DNA of 63,895 nt, filler included, from Octopus bimaculoides (lineage: Eukaryota): the NCBI RefSeq assembly GCF_001194135.2. It is 5 parts of 5 records of this genome, joined end to end, with 100 filler letters (N's around TTAATTAATTAA, not from the genome) between each part and the next. Parts side by side here need not be neighbours in the genome. Positions count along the whole stretch, not along the records: positions 44,861 to 59,930 come from NC_068984.1; positions 60,031 to 61,654 come from NW_026391807.1; 3 more parts are not named here. The stretch is one strand, 5' to 3'. Numbering within the stretch: position 1 is the first letter of the stretch; every line of letters starts with the position of its first letter. Shown piece by piece: positions 49,086-61,426 of this stretch. The notes under the pieces were generated by a model. It did not search any database and was not told the origin of the DNA. It saw only the letters and a program-made list of their open reading frames with translations. The translations under genes and the position numbers were made by a program.

Positions 49086-49480
49086 GGTGGCATTGCGAGC
49101 TGATTTCGGTGCATTTACACCATTTGTTTACAGCGAGAATTTATTTCCATGACATAACACATTCTTGCGGGTTTAAATATGCTCAAAGCATATTTGAACT
49201 GGCAATAGCCTTACATTTATATAGATCTATATTTAGGCTATAAATGTCCAATAGTATCCGTTATAATTGATGCATAGGGTGAGGTAGCAACAGAGTTGCA
49301 TAAAAGCCTTGAAATGTAAACTCCCTAACACCCTTCTATACAATCTTTTAATGAAAATTTATTAGACATTTCAAAGATTCTCCATTTAAGTTTTCTGGAT
49401 TGAACATATATACACAATCACGTGTGAAACATGGTACACGCATAGATAAAAAAAAATTACTCTTTGTAAGTAAGTAAATA

Positions 49481-49642
49481 GGCACAGGAGTGGCTGTGTG
49501 GTAAATAGCTTGCTTATTAACCACGTGGTTCCGGGTTCAGTTCCACTGCGTGGCACCTTGGGCAAGTGACTTCTACTATAGCCTCGGGCCGACCAAAACC
49601 TTGTGAGTGGATTTGGTTGACGGAAACTGAAAGAAGCTCAGC

Positions 49643-49698
<56 letters not shown>

Positions 49699-49951
49699 AT
49701 GTGTGTGTGTGTGTGTGCGTGCGTGCGTGCGTGTGTGTGTGCGTGTTTGTCCCCCATAACATCGCTTGACGACTGATGCTGGTGTGTTTACGTCCCCGTA
49801 ACTTAGCGGTTCGGCAAAAGTGACAGATAGAATAAGTACTAGGTTTACAAAGAATAAGTCCTGGGGGCGATTTATTCGACTAAAGGCGGTGCTCCAGCAT
49901 GGCCGCAGTCAAATGACTGAAACAGATTAAAGAATAAAAGAATAAAAGAAT
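49481..49951 (+). mobile_element. Full-length tRNA-derived SINE with internal microsatellite
   Basis: Head with A-box-like tggctgtgtggt and B-box-like ggttcagttcc, internal (TA)n(TG)n, and (gaataaaa)n tail. Other copies at about 10270-10615, 29750-30357, 13528-13690 (-) and 63235-63453 (-). Confidence 0.85.
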
Positions 49952-51689
49952 TTAAAGAAATGCGTACCATTTCACATACATTGTATATATGCATACACTA
50001 ACTCACTCATATCCATGAATCACAGAAACAATCTCGATTCAAACAAAAGAGTCTTGTCACAATCTTTGTGATCGGCTTGAATTCTGACCTTATGCTTCTA
50101 CTTCTATTCTTCTGCTTAACATAGGTCCTGTCAGTATTACTGTTGATTTACAAGTTATCAATGGTGTTTTGTATCTTTGTAGTCATTTTGTCCAAATTGC
50201 ATAACTTTTTAAGTGTTCAGTCCAGTATTCCTAATATTGGTACTTTCACAGGCACTGTAAAATCACTGTACAATATAGTTTTATTGAATGCAAATTACTC
50301 TGACTTACATACCACCTAAAGTCTGTTGAAATTTATCAAAGTAGCTATACTTAGGTCCCCACGTGTAAAATTTTCTCATCAACTTCGAGATACTTGTAAC
50401 ATTTATCACTTGATATAACTGAGATACACAGGCCGTTGTCATCCATATTCTTTATCTAGTCAAAATTCTTTCCTCGATTCACTATAAAATATGAAAAATT
50501 ATCCGATCAAATTCTGTTCTTGTGTCCCGCGAGAATGTTGTGACAAATTCTGTCGTTTGGTGCCTTCAGTGTTACAGCTTAAGATCATTAACCAAAATGA
50601 TGTGGGTGATAGAAATTTTTGTCTCTCCCATGCAGATCCTAATATATGGCATTGGTCTTTCTGCAATAGAGACAACAAAAGGGCTATTGCAAAGCTGAAC
50701 AGCATAACAGACAAGTTATGACCGTAGAATATTCCTTTTGATAATCTAATTTCTGATTGTGATTATAGAAGCCACTCCAGCTGTAGTATGTATGTATGTA
50801 TGTATGTATGTATGTATGTATGTATGTATGTGTATGCAAGCATTATGCATACATGTATGCATGTATGTATGTATGTATGTATGTATGTATGTATTTACGT
50901 AAGTATTTATACATATATGTACATATATGTATGTATACATGCATCATCCATGCATGCCTGGATGTATGCATGCAGGAATATATTTAAGTCCACCCGTCTG
51001 TCCGTCCGTCCATCCGTCCGTCCGTCCGTCCATCCGTGCGAATGTATGTTATGTATGTATGCATGCACATAGAATTGTATTATATAAACGTATTGTAAAT
51101 ATTTTGGAACTTGCATTCTGTTATTTTAGAAGTATTGTGGCCGTATCTAAAGTTTTAACCGAAAATGATAGGCCTAACGCTATGAATGGGTTGATCTTTT
51201 AAGTACCAACTGGGTTTTATCTGCAACACACTAATGATTTTGTCTTCCGTGTTCTAGAACGCAGAGCGCACTCTGACAGGAGTCGAGACATGCAGTGGGG
51301 GCATCCTTTTAAGAGAACTTATCTATATTCAGGTAAATACTCAAAATAGCTCTTAAGCAGATATAACCTCTCGAATTCCTAACTCTTATTCTTAGCCTTA
51401 AACAGGTGTTATCTGTACTCGATGCCTACAAGTTTCTTTCGTAGCATGTTATGGTCTACACTTGAAAACTGGTAATCTTTTTGAAACATACATACCTATT
51501 TATGTAACACACACGTAACACACACAGATACATACTTATCTATGTAACATAGAAATATGTTTATGTAACACATTTATATTTATCCAACACACGTATATTT
51601 ATGTAACACGTATATACTTTTGTGACACACGTATATTTATGGAACTTATAAATGTATTCAACCAAAAGGCAGGTCAGGACAGGCCTCAC

Positions 51690-51817
51690 TACCATCAAAA
51701 ATTGATTGATGAAAAATTAATTGCAATATGTTGGTCTAATGAATTGATTGGAGTCGTACTGCCAATTAAATAATTGATTGCTATCATATCAATTAATTGC
51801 AGTTAATTACAACATTG
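51690..51817 (+). mobile_element. Solo hAT right-end remnant related to the 56275-56388 subterminal region
   Basis: Same-orientation aattgattg / attaattgcaata motif array, ending aattacaacattg (compare atttacaatccctg). Confidence 0.45.
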
Positions 51818-52577
51818 TGAGCGAGAGTTTTTCAAATGGCTCACTTCATTCGACGTTCAATTGGAAAATAGAGCGTTCGATTATAATTTGAGGTATTGTG
51901 TTGACGCATTATTCTGACTGCTGAGAATGATTCACACATTCTGTCGTGTTTGGGAATTGGCTATTGTGTATGTTGTCAAATAATCGCTGTCGAGGGATTC
52001 TTGGTTCTGACTGCCGAGAATGATTCACACATTCTGTCAAGTCATTAAATCGTAACTTCGCCTGCAACGCGGTTGTATCCTGAATTTCGCTCCAACATAT
52101 TAACTGAATCAGACTGTAGAGACCTCCTTTGGTCTTACCCGAGATTCGAAATCGAATCTAGAAATTCTCCCTAGCCTTGCGGCAAGCAGACTACTAGAGG
52201 TAGACTGACAGAGGGAGAGAGAAAACGTTCCTGCGTGGTGATCGGTGGCTATGATATTTCACCATGCAGCTTCTCACTCCTGTCTCTCACTTGTTCACTT
52301 CCGCCGTTCTAACAAACATCACTCTGTCTATCTTTTTCCTACTGCTACAACGGCAGGAACATTATACACTCTCATACAAGGAAAAATTAACTCTCGATTA
52401 TTTTATACACGCCTGCCCGTCGTGGTTTGGCTATGCATATTAAGTAACGGTAAATAAAATTTGGAGTCAACATCACCTTCGACCACTGTCCTTATTTCCT
52501 TGAAGTCCAACACATCATCCTCCTCTTCTTCAACATCACACCCGTTACAAGACTTTCATCAGTGGAGTGGCGAAATA

Positions 52578-54479
52578 CTGGGGTTTTCCGAAAATCCGCC
52601 CAGGGCTGTTAAACGGGAAATTCTACTTAACAAAACTATTTTGGCTTAAATAACCGCCCACGTATAATAAGCGCCCATGGGCGGTAATATGCAAGTAAAA
52701 TATTTCACCTAGGAAAAACAAAGATATTCTCAAAAACCATATTTATTTTATACAATTCCATTGAACTTCTATCGTCTCAGTTATAAGATATATAGACATA
52801 AAGAAACTGAAACAGCCTTAAAAGAAGTAGCATATTAAAAAATATTCTGAAGTTAGCAATGGATCTATTAGGAAATATTGAAAATTAAACTGTTGAAAGC
52901 TTGAATAGAAGCCTCATATGAACAAATAATGTCCTTGGGCATTTATAGTAGAATAATAACCGAATAGTTTCAAGTTAAATATCACGAATTTCTTCATTTG
53001 TTGCTTGGCCATAATTCACATCAGAGCAACTTTCATTTACTTGTATCTCATCTTCTTCAATTTTGTCATTATGTGCATCTAGTGCATTTATCTCAAGGCC
53101 AGACAAAACATCTTGTAAGCGTGAGTTTAAGAAGCTATGTTCTACAGTCTGTCCGCGAGGAGCAATTCCACAACATTCAAAAGCACGCTTTGTAGTTCTT
53201 TTATTTAAAGTGGCAACAGCTTGGGTTACAAAGTTCACTATCTCTTTATAAGAAGGTTTTTTACGATATCCTTTATTTGTATACTCCTTTTTGCCATTTG
53301 AAAACTAATTCTCCCATTCAGCACGAAGAGCTTTCTTGAAAGGACCAATAATTAATACGTCTAACGGCTGCAAGTAAGATGTTTTAGGAGGTATAAGTTT
53401 GAGAATTGTATTCCTACGTTTGAACACTTTTAGGAGCTCTGTTTTCTTGTGCACTGAGCATTCATTCCTGAATAACACTGAATTTTGAGCATGGAATAGT
53501 TGTGCTGCTCTCTGCCCAAACACTTTGTCAGCCCACAGCTGCATGAATTCATATGTAATTGATCCCCTTTTGGAGACTGTTAAGTAAATATTCTTTGGGA
53601 CCTTGATTTTAGGCACATTTTTCAATCATTTAAGGATAATAATTGTTTTCAACACCTTTCCTGCAGCATTAACACACAACACAGCAGTAAAACCACAGTG
53701 GCTAGTATCTACATTTTTATTGCCAACAAAATCTATGGTTGTTGAACTCAACATGTCAACGTATACAGGTGTTTCATCCATATTATAAATCTGGTCAGTA
53801 TCCTTATCTGCTGTTAATACTGGAATGCTATCTAGGCAGTCACTGGCGATTTGTGTCTTTTCTCCAAGTGTTTTATTGTCTGCTAGACCATCAGATATAA
53901 TCTTTCTCACAGTCAGTTTATTCCGATTTATGAAATTGAAAATCCATTTATCAGAACATCTGAAGCTGTTCATTTCAATTCCAAACCTATTTACCAATTA
54001 AAAGTATATTCCCGTAAATGGTAATAATTTACAATTATATTATTTGCACGCTGAACAACAATCCACTGTAAGAGTTCAATCTCTAGATCTCTATGTGCTG
54101 GTCCTCTACCTCCACCAATTGATCTGCGCCTCCTCTTTTCTGACATATGGATTAACTCAGTTTCTTTTGGGCACCATTTTCTCAATCGTTTTCAATCAAT
54201 ACCTGTCGCCTGATGCAGCAGATAAATTGCCAGAATGTTCTTTCACTCGTTTAATAGCACTCAATTTTTCACTAAGGGTATATGATCTTGAACACGTTTT
54301 AATATTTTCTTTCAACTCCATTATTGGGAATAAAAATACTTTGAATTTATCTACAGACGTAGAGCAAATGAACGCCTAAACAGAATGCAAACAAGAACAC
54401 TAACTCTGTTCCAACTTTTAACCTCAAATAAACGCCCATCCAAATAAACGCCCATGGGTGGATTTTCGGAAAACCCCGC
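52578..54479 (-). mobile_element. Full-length, inactivated pogo-type (Tc1/mariner superfamily; POGK/Passer-like) DNA transposon
   Basis: About 25-bp TIRs ggggttttccgaaaatcc(g/a)ccca with TA at 52576-52577 and 54480-54481. Frameshifted ORF from ATG 54321 to about 52975, with N-terminal HTH, CENP-B-type HTH (LEIELLQWI...SDKWIFNFINR) and DDE_1 motifs MDETP, N(for D)ECSVH and QPLDV. Confidence 0.88.
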
Positions 54480-54529
54480 TATCTTCTATTTTAAACTGTG
54501 ACGAAATATCTTTTATTTTAAATTAACCC

Positions 54530-56388
54530 ATGCCGTGTGAAAACGAGCAGAAAATATTTAAACCAAACAGACAGTGAACATGTATGGAAATGCAAGTGTG
54601 GAAAAAAGTTGACCACCCAGAAAAAAGGAACTGGATGGACAAATCTTATGAATCATATAAAAAACCAGCATCCAGAATATTCTACTACACAAGCAACTGG
54701 ACAACCATCTTTATCGAGTTTTCTTTCACCAAGAAGTAGTTTGGTCAGTCATGTTTATGGTTGGATTGAATGAATATGTGTTGGTTTAAAACCATTTTCC
54801 TTTACTGAAGACCCACTGACTCGTAAGTACACAGACTTGGGAAGTATGACAAATGTGACCTTAAAGAAATACACGGAGAAACTGAAAGTGGAAAAGAAAA
54901 TATCTGATGAACGTCCAAGTAAATTTTCGTTGGTAATCGACGGTTGGACTAAGGGTTCGACGCGTTTCATCGGACATTTTGCATCTTATTCGTGCAATTA
55001 TCAAAATGACTATTGTAATGTTTTGTTGGCATTTTCGCTAATGGTAAGTGAAACATCATTCACTGCTTCTGATTATGTCGAATTTATAGAATATGTGTTA
55101 AGTGTCTATAACAAAAATTTAGAAAATGTTGTAGCTATTACCGGAGATAATACTGAAGTAAACAAATCTATAGCGAATTTGTGTAGAATACCATTGATTG
55201 GATGTGCCTCTCATAAATTCAATCTAGCTGTTTCTGCTTATCGCAACAAGCGGAAAGTTCTGCTTGATAAAATTAATATGTTGATGAGAAAGCTAAAATC
55301 ATTAAAACTTGCGGGTAAACTTCGAGAAAAACCGCCTTTGCAACCTATACAAAGAAATAAAGCCCGTTGATCCAGTACTTATGGCATGATTGAGAGGCAC
55401 ATCCAACTCAAGCTGTTTTTAGATTCTTTTCAAGGCGTTCCAAAGCTGGTTGATTTTTCTGTTGACTCCACGCAGACTCTAAAAGACATTTTAGGAAAGT
55501 TACGCTCAGTAACAGTTGCCTTGCAAAGAACAGAAATAAATTTGGGAGATGCTCGAATTCTTTTTGAGGAAATTCTGGCATTGTATCCTTACGAGGAGTT
55601 AAAAAAATATTTGCCTCCATCGGCAGCCATTGTGCACAGCCCAAATTTTGAAAGTGGAGTAGTGAAAATTTTTTAACATGCAGAAGCAGAGCTAACTGTG
55701 GATGAAGTGGCTGTTCTACATCAGCTGAAAGTGGTGACAGACACGTAAAACAGTCTGATTTACCTGTAGATGATTTTGCTTCAATTTGTTTGAAAAACAC
55801 GAAAAAGATAAAATTTCACCTCAGCAATATCTGAAACGTAGATTTTTGTTACCAGCGTCCAACATCTTGGAATGTTTCTTCAGCTCAGCACTTAGGCTTT
55901 TAATGATTTTCGGCAATACTTAACACCATTGAATTTAGAAATGCAATTATTTCTAAAAGTCAATCGCGCTTTCCAGGATGAAGACCTAGTTTCAGAAATC
56001 TGCAATCGTTCATGACCTTTTGCTATATTAGAACATTTGAGAAACTCTTTCAATTAAAGACCTTCAATTTATTTGTTTTTCAACTATTGTACAATGTAGA
56101 GTATACATGTTGTTTGTTTCTTATTCTAAATAAATAAAATTGAATTTTGAATGTTTTCTGATAATAATAAAGTTTTTTGAAACTATAAGACGTGCTTTTT
56201 ATTTTCCTATCATTTTGGCTCTTATCTAAATGGAAGCTAACACTCCAAAATATATGGTGTTTTTACGTTCGGCAAAATAATTGACAATTAATTGCAATAA
56301 TTGATTGGCCTGTATCCCAATTAAAATTAATTGATTGCTAGGAAAATAATTGATTGGAAAGGATCCACTCAATTATTTACAATCCCTG
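54530..56388 (+). mobile_element. Inactivated BED-finger hAT transposon lacking a recognisable left end
   Basis: BED finger WKCKCG...LMNHIKNQH, VIDGWT, TGDN, GCASH, R*(W)SST and the dimerisation motif LLPASNILECFFSSA...LEMQLFLKVNR, with stop at about 56015. The right terminus is ...tttacaatccctg with subterminal aattgattg repeats. Many stops and frameshifts. Confidence 0.85.
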
Positions 56389-56869
56389 TACTACTCGCAT
56401 ACAACTAACACTAAGACCTTTAATATATGCACTTTTGCAACTGTATTAAAGGATAATTAAGGTACTGTATTACTATGTGGACGTTGTCACCCACAAAATC
56501 CCCTTAAAGAGAACAGTCTTCCTTAAAGGTCTTGGTGCATTTATTTTGGTATTTTATATATTATTTGATGTTTAGTTTAGTTTTCATGTTTTAGGTATTA
56601 TGTGCTGCAATTTTATATTTTCCCGAGTAACCTCTTGTCTCCTTCCACCTTCCCTTCAACACTACTCCCATACCGCTCAACTGTTTACCATCTACGCATG
56701 TTTTTTTCTCAAACCCAGTATATTACTAAATCCTTATCCTACCTTCCTCTCACCCATTACCGCCTTTTGAATTCCAAAGCTCCAAGACATACCTTCTCTT
56801 TTACAACTGACACAAAACTTCAGTTGTCTCAACTTTGCCCAACCAAGTAGATGCCTGCATCTATACGCA

Positions 56870-58930
56870 ATCTTCAAATTCCACCGCCTTCAGATTTTTC
56901 TCGACGCTGTGCAGCTATGGTCTCTAATTGCAAGGTACGTTTTTCCATAGCTCATGTCTTTGACGGAGCTGAAACCCAAGGTCAAGATTAGGCATCTGGA
57001 ACCTGGAATGTTATCAATGCTCACCGTCCTCTACCAGTCAGGCAATGTAGTCAGTAGAAGTTCCACTTTAACAATATATACCGGACTAGCATTGAGTTTC
57101 TTGAGGAAACTCTTTGTGTCGACGAGGACGAACTAACTGATTTACTTCGAAGGACTTTTAGGCTAGGGACTACTAAGGACAACTTTCAGATATCATTGGC
57201 CTAGCAGTGCTACCAAAGAGCGCTACCAATTTGAGATAAAATGTACAGGCACAGAAGTGCCGCCAAGCAGGACTGTTCGACATGTCTCTAAAGTGACGGA
57301 ACCATTCTACACTCGTGCACTGTCCGAGCATTGTGGCTTGTGATGTTTTGTCGAACAGCTGTCGTCACGTGTAGGATACATTCTGCTACTGGCTGAGTTC
57401 ATAAAGAAGATCGCCCACCTCCTGCCTTTAACAAGATGAGGAAGGGTGAGTTCCTCTTCAGCCAACCCCTCATCCACTTTTCAAATCAGACACTGAGCAC
57501 TTTAAGCGACACGTCTCTCCGGCGATCTACGGCGCTATTCCACGGTGTCTTTAGGTGTCGAACTGTAAGCCGTTTTGTCCGGATTTATCTTTGTTCCTGT
57601 CATCGCATTATATTTCTTTATGATAGTGCCGAATACTTTCATTTCTGTGGTGCTCGACAACATTACGGTGATGTCATCCTCATACATCGACATAGCTCTT
57701 TCGCGTCCCAACTCAAAATGGATGCTCCTCTATAGTTCTTGCTTCTGCATCGATATCTTTGGAGCCAGTTGGTATGGGAGAGATGAGAAAGGACACTCTT
57801 GACGTACCGAGTGCATGATAGGAAAAGATTTCAGGAGATGGCCGTTCACTTTGACCATCAAGCGAATGCTTCTATACATTGTTGTGATCCAGCATCTGGA
57901 AACGGGTCCGAAATCGATCCAATACTTGACAGCTGTTAGAACTGCTGTCAAGTATTGGTCGACCATATCTAAAACTTTAATTTGATTAGGTTCCCACCAA
58001 AGCCATATATATATTTTCCCACCCCCTTTATGAGGTTTTTGTAGGATCTGCTGGGGATCGCACACATTTGAGCTTTTTGGACTACATGACCCAACCTCTT
58101 TATTAACACCAATCGAGCAATTTATTTTGCGGAACTGCTCGCTACCTCCTGCACCTTAGTTGCCGTTATTGGTCTTTGGCAGGGTCCTGCGTCGTCCGTC
58201 GAAGGCTTTGGCTGGCTGTCAAAACAGGTATTAAAATTTATAACCAACTTTTTGACTTATCGCTTGCTTCAGACAGTCGAAGAAAATACTGCTGAAATGC
58301 CACACACATCTGTTTATAATCGAGTCACACTTGCTCTCCTGGTCTGTCAAAGACTGAATTGTAGCTTTGTTGTCACGTCACGCCTCCACCACTTGAGCTC
58401 TTTGAACGTCTTTTGTTCCATCTTGTTTTAGCGCACGAGCCCTGACAACCCAACCTTTATGTTTCGCGTTGAAGAAATAGTAGAGGACCATTCTTGCTCG
58501 TCGGTTCTAATCGCCTGTTCTAGTTTTCTAATTGGCTCATCCTCTAGTTTATTTCTCTCTAATTTACATCTCTAGCACTTGCTCTTTACCAAACGCTATC
58601 GATTATAATTGCTCTTTTCAAGGGCGCCCCACCACATGTTGACGATTGCTCCTGTCGACTGCAGTCCCTGCAATCTTTACACCACAGGATACACGCATTC
58701 AACTTCCAGTAACCAAGTCACTGTCTATGAGTCTCATCTAAGTCGACTGTGTAACCGATCAGTTTAAAATGTGGGTACTCTACACTATATCTGCTAACCT
58801 AACATACGCTTTAAGTAGGTACGACTTCGCTGACCCATTGTGGTTACTTCTTGTCAACAGTGGTATATTTGGGATGTTCAGTCAGTACTTGTCAGTCAGT
58901 TGGAATCGTCTGAGCTGATTAATGCAGTTT
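56870..58930 (-). mobile_element. Decayed Tx1/L1-like LINE (EN end and RT)
   Basis: Minus-strand remnants GYWKLNA (end of EN), K(A)FDMVD..YL..VL, VKVNGHL.KSFPIMHSVRQECP, MYEDDIT (YADD) and TGTKINPDK. Numerous disruptions. Confidence 0.75.
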
Positions 58931-60217
58931 TTCAATCCTCTTCTTTGAGATAAGCGCACACAATTCCATCAAGCGTCAAAAGTAAGAATTAGAGACAGCA
59001 ACTGTTTCATAATTTTATGATTCATGCCGACAAATGTAATTCCTAGATGAAATTTTAACGAAGAATTTTATTAAGCATATACCTCCACCCCACACCCCAA
59101 ATACACCCTTATATACATTCTATGTAAGTATGCATATATGTATGTATGTATGCATGTATGTATGTATGTATGTATGTNNNNNNNNNNNNNNNNNNNNNNN
59201 NNNNNNNNNNNNNNNNNNNNNNNNNNNNNNNNNNNNNNNNNNNNNNNNNNNNNNNNNNNNNNNNNNNNNNNNNNNNNTTGATTCCTTTGTATGCATATAC
59301 ATATAAATGTATAGATATGTATTTATGAATATTTATGCATATGCATGTATATGTAAAAGTGTATATATATGTATGTATTTATATTTATGACTTAACCTTA
59401 TGAATTTTCTAAACTCTCTGACGAAGCCCAGAGGCACACCCAAGTACCTTAATGTCATCTACCAAATGCTTCAGTTCACTGAAGGGATGGAAGTAAAGTG
59501 GTGTACCATGACCTCTTGGCTGAAACAGCTGTAAGATACTATTCTACTTCCTATGCTCTACGTTACGTATTTTAATAATTACTGGTATTTTTATATTTTT
59601 ATATATTATATATGTAAAGCATAATATGTTATACATGTATGTATACTGTTATAATTGTTGTTTTAAAAAATAAATAAATAGATATAATATAATGTCTAAA
59701 AGTTGATGAATACCACCTCTTCATCTCCATTTTCTTATTGCTGTATAAATTTAGGGTAAAACAACTTTGTATCCTCACCCATTTATTACATTCAGTAATG
59801 TAATTGCCATGCAATGAAAAAACACTTGTGTATTAATAATTGGGTATTCTACCAGCTGTATAAGGATAGACATAATCCCTTAGTTGGTTGGATTCAAAAC
59901 CGCTAACTCTCTTGGAATTATATATATATANNNNNNNNNNNNNNNNNNNNNNNNNNNNNNNNNNNNNNNNNNNNTTAATTAATTAANNNNNNNNNNNNNN
60001 NNNNNNNNNNNNNNNNNNNNNNNNNNNNNNATTATTTTTAACTTTTAGCATGTCTTATTTCTTATTTCACACATTCATTTCTTCTTTGTTTCGTCATATT
60101 CGATCTGATTGTTTTGCTATTGCTTTTTCTCAAGGTTCTTGCTTTTCTATTATTTTTTCATTACTTATTGTTCATTTTTTAAAAATCACTCTCTTTTATC
60201 TTGTAACTTCCTTCATT

Positions 60218-61426
60218 TTAGTTATTCACTCGCTTTTCAAAACAGTGATAGATTTTCAAATGAAATTTTTTTGGCAGCAAAAGCTTGTCTTCTAATTCTT
60301 GTTGTTTATATTTGAAGGATTCAATCCCACCTTTTTTATAAAATGGTATTTTCTCTAATGGGTTTTCCTCTCCAGCTCCATAATCCAAATTGGCTTCACA
60401 GAATATTTTCTCTTGGTCTTCGCCTTGGTAATTTCCATCTTTGTCTGTACCGTTGTATTTATAATGCCGGTAAAACATACTCTCCAATATTTTCTGTGCC
60501 TCTTTGAGACCTTCATTATTCTCATTCTTTAATATTTCCTCCAAAACACTATCTGTAAAATAAGTAAATTTCTTCATATCGTCAACCTTTTCGAAAATTT
60601 TCATGTGTTTATCTGCGGATCTGAATGCCTCTCCAAGTAGCGTATTAAACAGTAGAACAGTTTTGTGTTGGTAAGCTGCTTTATGTAGTCGATATCGGGA
60701 ATAAAACATATCATAGAAATTATCAAGTGTTTTGTCTCTGTAGCATATTTCATCATTTATTACTTTGGACATTTTCATCATTCTTCCGTGATCAAATGAT
60801 TTTCCAATGCCAAGAAAATGAGAATCTCTTGCCAGGTAATCCCATTTATTAACGTCGATTTTATAGTCTGTATTGTTGACAATTTGGTAAAAAAACTTTG
60901 GCTTCTTCTTCTTAGAATTTCTTGGTTCACCAATGATAATATCTTTTATGAAATCAATGTCATCAAGCTCAAGTTCTTTTTTAATATGTCCGTTTTTTTT
61001 AAGAAGTTCATCCAACATTTCGCACGTTGCATTTTCATTTTTCCACTTTTCACCTCCATTTTCCTTGCGATGTTGGTTGATAATTTCTTGAAAGGCGTAA
61101 GAGAAAGGGCCATGTCCTAAATTATGACACAAAGCAGCAATTTCAACACAAAGTATATCTCGATCAGATATTTGCAGATCGGGATTTTGCTCCTTAAGGT
61201 GACGAATCATTTTGCTAGCAAGATAGCATGTCCCCAGACAATGTTCAAATCTGTTATGTGAAGCACATGGATAAACGTAATAAACCAAACCTAATTGTTT
61301 GATATTACGTAATCTCTGGAACTGAATCGTATTGATAATATCTACACAGAGTGGTGGGAGCTGCATAGCCCCATGAATAGCATCCTGAAAAACCTGATCC
61401 CAGTATGTACTGCGTGAGTTGGCCAT
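60218..61426 (-). CDS. SAMHD1: Intronless SAMHD1-like HD-domain protein (402 aa, no SAM domain), predicted catalytically impaired
   Basis: Uninterrupted ORF with an in-frame TAA 10 codons upstream of the ATG. Motifs VFQDAIHG, QFQRLRNIKQLG, ASHNRFEH, LCHNLGHGPFS, IDVNKWDYLARD, RLHKAAYQHK and DYG...NP align along the human SAMHD1 HD domain. The symbol denotes the family, not proven orthology. Confidence 0.88.
   Translation of the reverse strand: MANSRSTYWDQVFQDAIHGAMQLPPLCVDIINTIQFQRLRNIKQLGLVYYVYPCASHNRFEHCLGTCYLASKMIRHLKEQNPDLQISDRDILCVEIAALCHNLGHGPFSYAFQEIINQHRKENGGEKWKNENATCEMLDELLKKNGHIKKELELDDIDFIKDIIIGEPRNSKKKKPKFFYQIVNNTDYKIDVNKWDYLARDSHFLGIGKSFDHGRMMKMSKVINDEICYRDKTLDNFYDMFYSRYRLHKAAYQHKTVLLFNTLLGEAFRSADKHMKIFEKVDDMKKFTYFTDSVLEEILKNENNEGLKEAQKILESMFYRHYKYNGTDKDGNYQGEDQEKIFCEANLDYGAGEENPLEKIPFYKKGGIESFKYKQQELEDKLLLPKKFHLKIYHCFEKRVNN

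Noticed and set aside
49481-49560. tRNA-like A/B-box sequence (and similar heads elsewhere)
   Set aside because: These are SINE heads with no cloverleaf or anticodon arm, not tRNA genes.
51912-52038. CRISPR-like repeat-spacer unit
   Set aside because: Only two repeats, a eukaryotic context and no cas genes.
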